From contig JAUWIB010000062.1 of the NCBI GenBank assembly GCA_030605565.1, positions 4,141-68,140 on the forward strand: a stretch of DNA of 64,000 nt. The letters run 5' to 3'. The position numbers were made by a program, and so were the translations under genes. Below are positions 19,804 through 29,568 of the stretch, one piece after another. The notes below the pieces were generated by a model. That model was given only the letters and a program-made list of their open reading frames with translations, did not search any database and was not told the origin of the DNA. This stretch comes from a bacterium (lineage in GTDB: Bacteria > Zixibacteria > MSB-5A5 > GN15 > FEB-12). Numbering within the stretch: position 1 is the first letter of the stretch; each line of letters begins with the position of its first letter.

Positions 19804-21198
19804 CTATTTGCTGTCATCATATCCACCGAGCATTTGCAGTTGGGCCTCTTTGGTGGCCGCACTGACGAGTGCCTTGTCCAGCGATAGTTGGAAATTCAGC
19901 AACTGGCGCTGCGCAGCCAGCAGAGAGAGGAAGTCACTCTCGCCCGCCCGGTAGGCAGTGAAAGTAGCATTGATCAACTGCTCTGTCTGGGGGAGCAGCA
20001 GATCGCGGTAGAGCCGCACCTGCCGCCCGGCATCGCGCTGTTCGTAAAGAATCCGGCTGACCCGTGCAACCAGACGATCAGCCGACATCTCACGGCGGTA
20101 CTGCGCCGCCCGGTATCTCGCGCGAGCTTCTTGCTTTTTGGCATTGTTCTGACTGAACCATAGCGGCAGACTGATGCTAACATTAATCATCCAGGGATCC
20201 TTGCCGCTTTCGTGCATGGCAGGGTCAGCGGCCTCGCCGGTTACAATGTAGGTCAGTCCGATATTGAAGCCGGGGTAGGCCATGCGGTCGGCCAGTCGCC
20301 AGCGCGCCTGCTCACTGTCGATAAGATGATCCAACGCCCGCAGGTCAGGGTTGCTCTTGACGATTCGAGTGATGACGCTGTCTTCATCCAGCACCTTAGG
20401 GGTCAACTCGAGTTGCTCCGGCAGCGCCAATTCCACCTCGGTCGGCAGATTGAGTTCCGAGAGCAACAGGGTGACCGCCGGCTTCTTTTTGTCTTCCAGT
20501 CCGGCCAGTCGGTCATTGAGAACTTCAAGTTCGACCTGTGCCTTGATCAAATCCGGATGCTTCTGCAAACCAACCGTGTACCTGGCCCGAACTACCGTCT
20601 CCCAGAAACGAAGCAACTCCCGGTTTTCCCCGGTCAATGCAATCTCGCGCCCAAGGAGGTAGTACTCGTAGTACGCTTTCTTGACACGATAGGCCAACTG
20701 CAAGCGTTCGGACTGAAAACGTCGATAGGCCGCCCAGGCTGCTTTCGAAGCCATATCGCTACTGGCGGAAAGTTTGCCCGGCCATTTTAGCGACTGGGAG
20801 AGACTGAGACGATGCTCCTGCGGCCCGACTCTGGTCTCTACATTCTCAACAAAGTACCCCCATGACAATTTGGGATCGGCCCAGCCGCCGGCGTAACCGG
20901 TTTTCTCAACCGCCGCTTTGAGATCGTAAAAGGCCGCTTGCAGCCTGGGACTATTCGACTCAGCTACCTCAAGAATAGTCTCGAGGTCTGCCGTATTCGA
21001 CAGGAGTGTCCCAGTCCGATCCGCCGAACGGAACCCGTTCTCCAATCGATCTACCAGTTCGCTGAGATCATCCCGGTCCGAGGCCGGCACGCCGGAACAG
21101 GCGATTGTGATCGTCGCCGCCAACCAAAGCGTCGACCGCGTGATCCAACTCAACTGGAATCGAGTGCGAACTGATTTCATCTCATTTATTCTAAACAT
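19804..21198 (-). CDS. TolC/CusC-family outer-membrane efflux channel (lipoprotein)
   Basis: Lipobox IACS, NSPRL, YKKAYYEYY, Y.AGESDFLSLL.AQ OEP repeats. Confidence 0.85.
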   Translation of the reverse strand: MFRINEMKSVRTRFQLSWITRSTLWLAATITIACSGVPASDRDDLSELVDRLENGFRSADRTGTLLSNTADLETILEVAESNSPRLQAAFYDLKAAVEKTGYAGGWADPKLSWGYFVENVETRVGPQEHRLSLSQSLKWPGKLSASSDMASKAAWAAYRRFQSERLQLAYRVKKAYYEYYLLGREIALTGENRELLRFWETVVRARYTVGLQKHPDLIKAQVELEVLNDRLAGLEDKKKPAVTLLLSELNLPTEVELALPEQLELTPKVLDEDSVITRIVKSNPDLRALDHLIDSEQARWRLADRMAYPGFNIGLTYIVTGEAADPAMHESGKDPWMINVSISLPLWFSQNNAKKQEARARYRAAQYRREMSADRLVARVSRILYEQRDAGRQVRLYRDLLLPQTEQLINATFTAYRAGESDFLSLLAAQRQLLNFQLSLDKALVSAATKEAQLQMLGGYDDSK

Positions 21199-21227
21199 GC
21201 TTCTAACTCACTTCCGGCCAATACATA

Positions 21228-21244
21228 GTCAACTTCCGTGCCAA
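21228..21244 (-). promoter_or_regulatory. sigma54-like promoter of the efflux operon
   Basis: TTGGCACG-GAAG-TTGAC, 30 nt upstream of the TolC start; a sigma54 activator is encoded divergently. Confidence 0.65.
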
Positions 21245-21473
21245 ATCAATCTGGATAGACTAACTTCCGGTTAGACACTACATTAGCATATCGATCCGCA
21301 TTATTCGGAACAGAACGGTCGATAATATTGTTGAATAGCGTAGAATATTCTTTAGTTTGCGTCGAGAATATTCTCGGTTAATGGCCTTGGCGGTGGTCTA
21401 CCGGATCGAAGCCCAAGCGTAAGATGCTGAGGCACAAGCATGGAAGCTTGATTGCAAAGGCCGTCAGAACAAT

Positions 21474-21489
21474 CGGCACGCCTGCTGCT
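21474..21489 (+). promoter_or_regulatory. Possible sigma54 promoter of the two-component operon
   Basis: CGGCACG-CCTG-CTGCT matches GG-N10-GC, about 27 nt before ATG 21516. Confidence 0.4.
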
Positions 21490-21515
21490 ATGTGATTGGT
21501 GAAAGTATAGTGCCA

Positions 21516-22565
21516 ATGATGACTGAAAAGCGCGCAAAGATACTATCGATAGCGGGAGTGATCGGCCTGACGGTGGGGATCCATTATGGATGGATCCTCG
21601 AGCCGATCTTCGGCCAATCGCACTGGATCCATGCGATCCATGGCCGCTTCTGCTACATCCCCATAGTGATCGCCGCCTCCTTTTTCGGGATGCGCGGCGG
21701 CCTGATTGTTGCGGCGACTATTAGCGCTCTGGTTATGCCGTACATCCTGGGCAGTGACCAAAGCGAACACAATCTGGCCGGTGAGTTAGTGGAGATTGTT
21801 TTCTATTTCGCCATCGCGATTCTGGCCGGTGCTCTGACTGATCGCGAGCGGTCCATCCGCCGCAAGCAGGAACAAACACAACTTCAACTGGAACGTTCGC
21901 ACAAGCTTTCGATGGTTGGTCAGATGGCGGCCGGCGTCGCTCACGAAATCAAGAACCCGCTGGCCTCTATCAAAGGTGGCGTCGAGATTCTCTGCTCTGA
22001 TGCCACCTCCGACGATGAGCGAGAAGAATTCCGTGAAATCGTCAGCCGCGAAATACGACGGATCGACGGCACCGTAAAGGAGTTTCTTGATTTCGCAAAA
22101 CCGCGTGAAAGTCGTTTGGAAAAAATCAATCTGACCGCAGTGGTTACCGCCGCAGTCAAACAACTTGAAGGTCAGGCCGGTGAAAGGGGCGTTACCATCA
22201 CTCAAGCCGCCGATCCAACTCTGACCGTCTCAGCCGACCGCGAAAAGATTCACCAGGTGGTGTTGAACCTGTTGCTCAACGCTTTCGATGCATCGGCCAA
22301 TGGAGACACCATCAATGTAATCACACGAGCGACCAATGACGACCGGGCCGAATTGATCGTTCGTGATTACGGCAAGGGAATCGAGCACAGCGAGGTCGAG
22401 CGCGTCTTTGAGCCGTTTTACACAAGAAAACCCAGCGGGTCCGGGTTGGGATTGGCCATTGTAAAGTCGATCGTGGAAAGTCACAACGGTTGGGTGGACC
22501 TGCAAGCAGCGCCGGGGGGAGGCGCCGAGTTTCGTGTCATCCTGCCGCTTGTCAAGGAGAACTGA
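21516..22565 (+). CDS. Membrane sensor histidine kinase with a His-rich TM input domain
   Basis: Four TM segments containing HYG..HWIHAIH; H-box AAGVAHEIKNPL; GSGLGL. Stop overlaps the next ATG. Confidence 0.9.
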   Translation: MMTEKRAKILSIAGVIGLTVGIHYGWILEPIFGQSHWIHAIHGRFCYIPIVIAASFFGMRGGLIVAATISALVMPYILGSDQSEHNLAGELVEIVFYFAIAILAGALTDRERSIRRKQEQTQLQLERSHKLSMVGQMAAGVAHEIKNPLASIKGGVEILCSDATSDDEREEFREIVSREIRRIDGTVKEFLDFAKPRESRLEKINLTAVVTAAVKQLEGQAGERGVTITQAADPTLTVSADREKIHQVVLNLLLNAFDASANGDTINVITRATNDDRAELIVRDYGKGIEHSEVERVFEPFYTRKPSGSGLGLAIVKSIVESHNGWVDLQAAPGGGAEFRVILPLVKEN

Positions 22566-23941
22566 TGGCCACTCGAATCCTGCTGGCTGACGATGATGCT
22601 GCGCTCTTGCGCGTGATTCAGTTCAAACTGAAGCAGCGCGGTTATGACGTGACCGCGGTTTCCGATGGTGAGCAGGCGTTGCAGGCGCTAAAGGAATCTC
22701 ACTATGATCTGCTGCTGTCAGATATGCGCATGCCCAAGCTCGATGGGCTTGAGTTGCTCGAAGAAGCCCGGCAGGTTCAGCCGGACCTGGAAATAATCCT
22801 GATCACCGCCTACGCCACCGTGTCGCAGGCGGTCGAGGCGGTCAAGTTAGGCGCCTTCGACTACCTGACCAAACCGTTCGAGGATGGACAGTTGTTCGTG
22901 GCCATAGATAAGGCCCTCAAGTTTCGCCAACTCCGGGACGAGAACCGATATTTGAGAGGGCAGTTGTCCGGACGTCAGTACCTGGACGGCATCGTGGGTG
23001 TGTCCAAGCCGTTCAAACAGATGATGGCGATGGTGGAAAAAATCGCTCCGACCGACGCTACCGTACTCCTGACCGGTCCCTCCGGCACCGGTAAGGAAGT
23101 GATCGCGCAAGCTATACACCATCGCAGTCATCGTAGCGAGGGTGATTTCGTCGCCGTGAACTGTGCCGCCATTCCCAGAGACTTGATCGAGTCGGAACTG
23201 TTCGGCCATGTCAAAGGCGCCTTCACCGGGGCGGTCAAAGACAAGAAAGGCAAGTTCGAATTGGCTGAAGGCGGCACGCTGCTTTTGGATGAGATAGGTG
23301 AACTGGGTATCGACCTGCAAGCCAAACTGCTGAGAGTAATCCAGGAGCGGACGGTGGAACCGATAGGCGCTGAACGGAAACATGACATCGATATAAGATT
23401 GATTGCTGCCACCAACAGTGACCTGAGAAAACAGGTGGCGTTGGGGAAATTTCGTGAGGATCTTTTCTACCGTCTCAATGTCATACCGATCCACGTGCCA
23501 CCATTGGCCCAGCGGCGCGACGATATTCCAATCCTGACCCGGAAGTTTCTCAAGCGCTTTTCCGAAGGCGCCGAAATCATATTGGCCGACGAATTGATGC
23601 AAGTGCTGGTCGACCATCCCTGGCCGGGCAACATCCGCGAACTGGAAAACCTGATCGAACGCATGGTCATCCTGCGCCGCTCGGACCGATTGACGACAAC
23701 CGACCTGCCGGCCGACTTTGCCTCGGTAGTATCGGAAGAAATAGCGCCAACTTCGTCGCCTCAGCCGACCTCCGACCATCTTACTTTTCATGAAGCGGAA
23801 AAGAAACTGATCCTTAATGCTCTGACCAAGTCCGGCTGGAACCGATCGAAAGCAGCCAAGGACCTCAATATCCCTCGCCACGTCCTCATTTACCGTATGA
23901 AGAAATACGGTTTTTTTTACGACAGCCCCACTACCGGGTGA
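22565..23941 (+). CDS. sigma54-dependent response regulator (NtrC/ZraR type)
   Basis: REC (LLLSDMRMP), GPSGTGKE, GAFTGA, WPGNIRELEN and an intact Fis HTH. Confidence 0.92.
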   Translation: MATRILLADDDAALLRVIQFKLKQRGYDVTAVSDGEQALQALKESHYDLLLSDMRMPKLDGLELLEEARQVQPDLEIILITAYATVSQAVEAVKLGAFDYLTKPFEDGQLFVAIDKALKFRQLRDENRYLRGQLSGRQYLDGIVGVSKPFKQMMAMVEKIAPTDATVLLTGPSGTGKEVIAQAIHHRSHRSEGDFVAVNCAAIPRDLIESELFGHVKGAFTGAVKDKKGKFELAEGGTLLLDEIGELGIDLQAKLLRVIQERTVEPIGAERKHDIDIRLIAATNSDLRKQVALGKFREDLFYRLNVIPIHVPPLAQRRDDIPILTRKFLKRFSEGAEIILADELMQVLVDHPWPGNIRELENLIERMVILRRSDRLTTTDLPADFASVVSEEIAPTSSPQPTSDHLTFHEAEKKLILNALTKSGWNRSKAAKDLNIPRHVLIYRMKKYGFFYDSPTTG

Positions 23942-24178
23942 GCATCATTCCGAGCGCCCCCTACGACTGGCTACAAAGGTTGCACATTAGACCGGGCACA
24001 TGGGTAACAATCTTGCAGGCCGAAACCGACATGCTTACATAACGCAAGAGCAGCGGTGGTACAGCAGTTGTCCCAAGTGTCTGGGCCACTGGATTGGAGT
24101 CTCATCGCGTGGTCCCGATTATGCTCTTAGCAAACTCCTATGGGGTTTGGATATCCTGTCAAGCATGAGATTTCCGGA

Positions 24179-24214
24179 GAACACGAAATTCAGCACTGAT
24201 TTCGTGTTTATTTT
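24179..24214 (+). terminator. Strong hairpin, probable terminator of the two-component operon
   Basis: aacacgaaa-t-tcag-cac-tga-tttcgtgtt followed by a T-rich tract. Confidence 0.5.
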
Positions 24215-24284
24215 CGTAAAAACACCCCAAATGACATTGACAAATTATTCGGAATAGTATAGATACGGCTATGAAAACGCAATT

Positions 24285-24303
24285 GAAGATGAAATTCATT
24301 TTC
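24285..24303. promoter_or_regulatory. Fur-box-like operator
   Basis: GAAGATGAAATTCATTTTC matches 14 of 19 positions of GATAATGATAATCATTATC. It is near-palindromic and lies downstream of TTGACA (24237). Confidence 0.6.
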
Positions 24304-24410
24304 ACTTATGGAGTTATAGTCGCTGATTGTGTCCTATGTGAAATTCAACGGCGAATGTACAATAGCAGATGAGTTCAATTAACATTTCATTATACATCAG
24401 GAGGTTTCGT

Positions 24411-25343
24411 ATGAGATACCGCATTTCACTAATGGCCGTGGTATTGATTCTCTTTTCTGCCGGTTTCGTCAACGCCGTCGAAAAGCGCGGGGTACTTATA
24501 GTCGCTCATGGCGCCCCATCTGAAGCGTGGAATCAGCCTGTTCTTGTGGTAGAAAAACAGGTGAAGGATATCCTTGATAGTGAACAATCTGAGTCCATTA
24601 CCGCGGTGCGCGTTGCCTTTATGGAGTTTGTCGAACCTTCAATCGCAAGCACCATTGCCGACATGGAGAGAATGGGCATCAACCGGCTCTACATCTTGCC
24701 CATGTTTGTTGGTCCGTCCGACCACACTTTTTACGATCTCCCCACGATTCTCGGTCTCCATTGTGACAAGCACATTGTTGAACAACTACGCGAAGAAGGA
24801 ATCGAGTTCGTTGACACTGACATGAGATTGACTATAGGTCCGGTTGTTGACGTCAATACCATAACAGAGATACTAAGCGACCGAGTCCTGGAGTTGATGG
24901 ATGATTCCACGGAATCCGCATTAGTAATTCTATCGCACGGGGCTCATGGGTATGAGACGCGTTGGGAACAGCAGTCGAAGAAAATCGGTGCACACATCTG
25001 CGGGACACTCGGCATGAGATTTTTCGACCACGCTTTCGTGGGGATGGGTCAAGGATTCGTAGCCAATGGCGCCCCGGTGATATTCCGTGCCTTGCAGGAG
25101 CATGAATGCATACTCGTTGTCAGTATGTACCTATCAATGGGCGTCGAGAAACTGGCAATGAACTGCTCAGTAAGTATGGGAAAGATGCAAATAGGAGGTG
25201 CTGAGTTATTTTCCAATCACGACGTGCGCTTTGCCTCACGAGGGCTTCTGCCAGACAAGAGGATAGCTCGATGGGCTGCCAAGAAAGTCGGAGAATGGCT
25301 TGATATTCTTGACCATACTGTTCCCCCTGATTCACGTGATTAG
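24411..25343 (+). CDS. Secreted CbiX/SirB-like class II chelatase-fold protein with two domains
   Basis: Sec signal peptide; VLIVAHG, AFME..EPSI, PMF...DH..DLP, second domain ILSHG; AGGAGG RBS. Confidence 0.7.
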   Translation: MRYRISLMAVVLILFSAGFVNAVEKRGVLIVAHGAPSEAWNQPVLVVEKQVKDILDSEQSESITAVRVAFMEFVEPSIASTIADMERMGINRLYILPMFVGPSDHTFYDLPTILGLHCDKHIVEQLREEGIEFVDTDMRLTIGPVVDVNTITEILSDRVLELMDDSTESALVILSHGAHGYETRWEQQSKKIGAHICGTLGMRFFDHAFVGMGQGFVANGAPVIFRALQEHECILVVSMYLSMGVEKLAMNCSVSMGKMQIGGAELFSNHDVRFASRGLLPDKRIARWAAKKVGEWLDILDHTVPPDSRD

Positions 25344-25747
25344 CCTGCGTGGGCAGAGGGTCCCTGTAGACTATATCTTGACACCAACCGCAATGAAAGG
25401 GTTTCTGGTAATATCATTGTCGTCCGTTGTGTCATAAGTGATTACATAAATGGAGGTGAGGGATCGTATCCTTTCTTGGTGACAAAGGACATAGTTCTTG
25501 TAGATCAAAACCCCTGGGTTTCGACATCCGCTCTGAGTCCACTGCCACGATCCCCCATCCCTGTTGACAGATTCCGAAGCTATCGTATATTGCCGGTCAA
25601 CCAAACTGCGGCTGGTTGCCTCGCCTGAATACTATGCTGAACACACATAGTACCCACACGGGCATCCGCCGGTAAAAAAAGAACGTCAGAAGCACGGCTC
25701 GTGACCTACCGTAACAATAACCCGATACCGATCTGGAGATCTACCGC

Positions 25748-27850
25748 ATGCGAATCAGACCGGGTATAACAGCCGGCTTTGTCTGTGTCTTGACGATTGT
25801 ACTTCTGTCCGACTCCACGGTGGCGGAGGGTCAACACCAAACGTCAACCCTTGGAGATTCGACGGCTACCGTCGGTTTCTCGCAACCGGTTGAGCTGGAG
25901 GGAATCGTCATCAGAGCCAGCCGTATCCCACTCACCGTTCTCAAGATTCCGGCGGCAGCAACTGTGATCGATCTTGACCGCCGAACCATGAGTGTCGTCA
26001 CATCCAGTCGTGAAATCGTGGCCGACCTGCCGGGCCTGCGTGCTTACCCGGCCGGGAATCGCTGGGGCCAGTCTCATATCGATGTTCGTGGTTTCGCCGG
26101 CGGGGGACAGGCCGAGTACTTGAAAGTAACCTATGACGGCATTCCGATTAACCGGGTAGCATCCGGCCTCGTCAATTGGTCCACCCTCGATCCGGCCGAA
26201 CTCAGTCGCATCGAAGCTGTCTCCGGCCCGGCCTCGGCGCAGTTTGGTGATTTCGGTTTTGGCGGTATGGTGGCTCTGTCGAGTTCCTGGCTGCCATCGG
26301 AGAAGCAGGCACGGTTGTCAATGTCGTACGGTTCCGATGATGCCGTTGGTCTCAGCGGACAACTAACGCGAAACTTCGAGAAGGGTCGGGCTAATCTTTT
26401 TTTCACCAGGAGGCATAGCGACGGCTTCCGGCGACACAGCCTATTCGAGGCCGAGAAAATCGCCTTCAAGTTTCAACGAAGCCTCACTCCCGGCAGCAAC
26501 ATCAGTGGTCTGCTCGCTTATGCCCATACCGACGAAGAACTGCCCGGCGCCGTGACAGAAGACCAACTCGCAGCCGATCTCAGTGACGCCGCTCGCGACT
26601 TCACAGGTGAGTTAGCGCCGGATCGATCCGAGTACAAGGATGTCATCGCCGGTCTTGCCGCCGACTTCTCTCTAACAGATGGCTATGAACTCAATATCCA
26701 GACCTATTTGACATCATCTGATGGCGACAAGACCGTTACCCTGACAGCCCCGGTCGACGCCGAGCCAAAACTCCTCACTCTGGGTGCGGAAGCATCACTC
26801 GGCCTGAAAACTCAGATGTGGGGTCATCCCTTGCAGATGGTGACCGGGTCGGCTTTTGAGTACGGTCGGCTTGAAGCCGACTGGACTGAGTACACCGGCG
26901 AGTCCGACCGTGGTGTGGTCATCAGTTCCGGTAGCGGACGGCGCACTGTGGCGGCCTGGTACGTTCACAGCTTGTACTATCCGCTGGAGCGACTCTCTCT
27001 GTCATTGGGGTTGCGGATCGACCATACGAAGTCGGGGTTCGACGAAGGTGAAGGAATGGTAGGGCGCGATCCTGCCGACGATACCAACGAACACACTTCC
27101 GTTTCACCCAAGGTCGCCGTGGGTCTCGAACTCGCGCCCACGGTCGCGGCCTTCGCGTCCGTCTCCGGTGCGTTTAAGTCACCTACGCTGCTGCACCTGT
27201 ATGACTCCCCGCCCTACGCTATTCCGCCGGAGTATGGTGGCGGGTACGCGCTGATATCCAACGGTTCGCTTGACCCGCAGAAAGGTACTTGTTACGAGGT
27301 GGGGGCGAAGCTGATCAACCCAACGACAAAAGCCACGGCGACTTGCTACTACTATGACATCACGAACGAAATCGACTTTGATCTGACAGCAAATAGCTAC
27401 GACAACATCGGCAAGTCGCGACACCAGGGTGTAGAATTGAGTTTGTGGAAGGAAGTTGCGCCTGTTCTTTCGGTAGAGGCAAAGCTGGCGATAAATTCGG
27501 CTGCCTTCCGAGGCGGCGACAACGACGGCAACCAGATCAACGGCGTTCCCAGATGTCGATACGGATTCGGTCTTGCCGTGGCGCCATTCACCGATGGCTT
27601 CATCGGTATCCGCGCCAATGGACAGAGCGACCAATGGCTGGATGAAGCCAATGACCGCAAACTCGATGATTTTCTCGCTGTCGCTCTTACCGCCGGTTAC
27701 CAGTTTCGTTCGTTTAACGTTGGTCTGAGATTGGACAACCTGTTCGACCGCGAGTACAGCTACGACGGCTATGTCGGTCTGATGGGTGAAAGCCGTTTCT
27801 ACCCGGCGCTCCCGCGCTCGGTGATGGTGACCGTGTCCAGGATGCTGTAA
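25748..27850 (+). CDS. TonB-dependent outer-membrane receptor
   Basis: Signal peptide, TonB-box-like EGIVIRA, plug domain (IDVRGF, DGIPIN, RIE.VSGPASAQFG), barrel with SPK..., DNLFDREY near the C-terminus. Confidence 0.9.
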   Translation: MRIRPGITAGFVCVLTIVLLSDSTVAEGQHQTSTLGDSTATVGFSQPVELEGIVIRASRIPLTVLKIPAAATVIDLDRRTMSVVTSSREIVADLPGLRAYPAGNRWGQSHIDVRGFAGGGQAEYLKVTYDGIPINRVASGLVNWSTLDPAELSRIEAVSGPASAQFGDFGFGGMVALSSSWLPSEKQARLSMSYGSDDAVGLSGQLTRNFEKGRANLFFTRRHSDGFRRHSLFEAEKIAFKFQRSLTPGSNISGLLAYAHTDEELPGAVTEDQLAADLSDAARDFTGELAPDRSEYKDVIAGLAADFSLTDGYELNIQTYLTSSDGDKTVTLTAPVDAEPKLLTLGAEASLGLKTQMWGHPLQMVTGSAFEYGRLEADWTEYTGESDRGVVISSGSGRRTVAAWYVHSLYYPLERLSLSLGLRIDHTKSGFDEGEGMVGRDPADDTNEHTSVSPKVAVGLELAPTVAAFASVSGAFKSPTLLHLYDSPPYAIPPEYGGGYALISNGSLDPQKGTCYEVGAKLINPTTKATATCYYYDITNEIDFDLTANSYDNIGKSRHQGVELSLWKEVAPVLSVEAKLAINSAAFRGGDNDGNQINGVPRCRYGFGLAVAPFTDGFIGIRANGQSDQWLDEANDRKLDDFLAVALTAGYQFRSFNVGLRLDNLFDREYSYDGYVGLMGESRFYPALPRSVMVTVSRML

Positions 27851-27938
27851 GAGTTCCTGTAGATCGAACCGGGGGTCTCGACTTACCCAGTCAAGGGTGG
27901 CCCGGACATATGGGCGGGTTGGAAAAGCAGGTGTCTAC

Positions 27939-27996
27939 GTCATCGCGAGACCACGCGACCACGAGTGGCTTTCAAGCGCGTGGTCGTGGCAATCTC
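27939..27996. repeat. REP-like palindrome of the GTCATYGCGAG...GCAATCTC family
   Basis: Inner inverted repeat ccacgcgaccacg / cgcgtggtcgtgg; same ends at 51568-51605 and the same left end at 31141. Confidence 0.7.
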
Positions 27997-28063
27997 AATT
28001 TGTTGGCAGACTTGGCGTATGAGGTCGCCAAAGAGGCCGGAGAAAAATCTCCGGCCTTCTCGT

Positions 28064-29515
28064 TTATTCCATGTAGGAATTAATGAACTCCTGTTGGAGA
28101 TACTTGTGCATCTGATAATTCGGGTCGAGCGTATCCGGCGCCAGCAGGAACTTAAACGGCTGATCCTGTCCTTCCGCCAGAATGGAATGGCAAAGAGTAC
28201 AATCATAACCGATAGATTCGTTTTCATCATCCTTGAAATACATATTATGACATCGGAAACACCCATTGGTTTCGTTGGTATGTCCGATATGGCTGGGATA
28301 ACTACCCCATTCGATTCTCATGTTGTGATGGATATTCCGGTTGTAGATAGCCTGAAGAGTTGTTACCGCAGAATCAATTGCCATCATTTTCGCTATCGCG
28401 AGTTTTGGATAGCTTGTCTTATAGAAATGATGCATATGGTTTGCAATACCATCCATAGCAGATTTCCGGTCAGCATATCCCGCCGAGATGGCAGCCAATG
28501 CTTCCCGCTTCAGGAATGGCAATTCGCGGCTGAGCAGACCGCTGCGGATACGAGTATCAACTGCTTTGCTCGGGTCTTCATAAATGTGAGTCGCCCGGTT
28601 ATGACAATCTACACAGTCCATCGAACGGGAATCAATAGCCTCAGCTTCGACCAACTGAGAATTATTGTACCTCCTGAAGCCACCGTCCGGTTGTTTCGCT
28701 TCCGCCCAAATGATTTCGGTTCGCTCATAGTCCGCAAACGCATAACGGACTTCGTTCTCTTCAGCTACATGCCAATGGATACCAGCTTTTCCGATAGCCC
28801 TTTCGGCGTCGATTTTCATATTGAGGGTCGTATATTTCGCAGTCGAGCCGGAATCAAAGTCATACGACACAACTGATCTTAGACTGTTACCGTAAAACTT
28901 CTCCGGCCAGTGGCATTTTTCACAGGTCTCCCGCGCCGGTCGAAGTTGGCTAACCGGCGTTGGAATCGGCCGCTCCAGCAAATCAAAAGTCACTGAAACC
29001 ATCTGCCAGATTCCATTCATCTTACTTGAGATGAGAGCGCCCGCACCTTCACCTACATGACATTCAACGCAATCGACCCGAGCATGAGGCGATTGCTTGT
29101 ACGTCACCCATTCAGGGTTCATAACGGAGTGACATGCCGTACCGCAGAATACCGCCTCATCCATGAAACTGAACATTTGAAGAGACATACCGCTGAGAAA
29201 GATGACATTAACCAGCGACAATATGAGTACTGTCTTGAATATCCGGGAGCCGCTAAGGCCCTCTTTGACATCCTGCGCTCTACATTGCAGGGCTAATAAT
29301 TCCTCAGTGTTCTTACCGGTTTCCTTTTTTAGGATATACCAACCAAGCGGTATCAGGATAAGGCCAATAACAAAAAGTAGCGGCAACGCCATATACGTAA
29401 CCAGTCCGACATAGGCATTAGTCAGGGCGCCGATCAGACGGAAGAATTCAAGCAGGATCATCGTAATGAAGGACGATGTCGCAAGAATTACACCTAACTT
29501 GCCCTGCCATTTCAT
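28064..29515 (-). CDS. Membrane-anchored NapC/NirT-like multiheme cytochrome c with 6 heme motifs
   Basis: Three N-terminal TM helices; CGTACH, CVECH, CEKCH, CVDCH, CFRCH, CTLCH. Start set at MKWQG. Confidence 0.85.
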   Translation of the reverse strand: MKWQGKLGVILATSSFITMILLEFFRLIGALTNAYVGLVTYMALPLLFVIGLILIPLGWYILKKETGKNTEELLALQCRAQDVKEGLSGSRIFKTVLILSLVNVIFLSGMSLQMFSFMDEAVFCGTACHSVMNPEWVTYKQSPHARVDCVECHVGEGAGALISSKMNGIWQMVSVTFDLLERPIPTPVSQLRPARETCEKCHWPEKFYGNSLRSVVSYDFDSGSTAKYTTLNMKIDAERAIGKAGIHWHVAEENEVRYAFADYERTEIIWAEAKQPDGGFRRYNNSQLVEAEAIDSRSMDCVDCHNRATHIYEDPSKAVDTRIRSGLLSRELPFLKREALAAISAGYADRKSAMDGIANHMHHFYKTSYPKLAIAKMMAIDSAVTTLQAIYNRNIHHNMRIEWGSYPSHIGHTNETNGCFRCHNMYFKDDENESIGYDCTLCHSILAEGQDQPFKFLLAPDTLDPNYQMHKYLQQEFINSYME

Positions 29516-29568
29516 CGAAACACATCTGATGAAATTCAGATATTTTGCAAACAAAATATACCTCTGCT

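Noticed and set aside
22847-23881. 344-aa minus-strand ORF
   Set aside because: Antisense shadow of the sigma54 regulator.
25371-25604. 77-aa minus-strand ORF between the chelatase and the TonB receptor
   Set aside because: No RBS or recognisable motif; cannot be supported as a gene or remnant.
25600-25747. Cobalamin riboswitch expected upstream of the TonB receptor
   Set aside because: No B12-box (GGGAA…GCCACTG) pattern was found here or upstream of the chelatase.
27965-28876. 303-aa plus-strand ORF
   Set aside because: Antisense to the NapC-like cytochrome, starts inside a REP, and has no domain signal.
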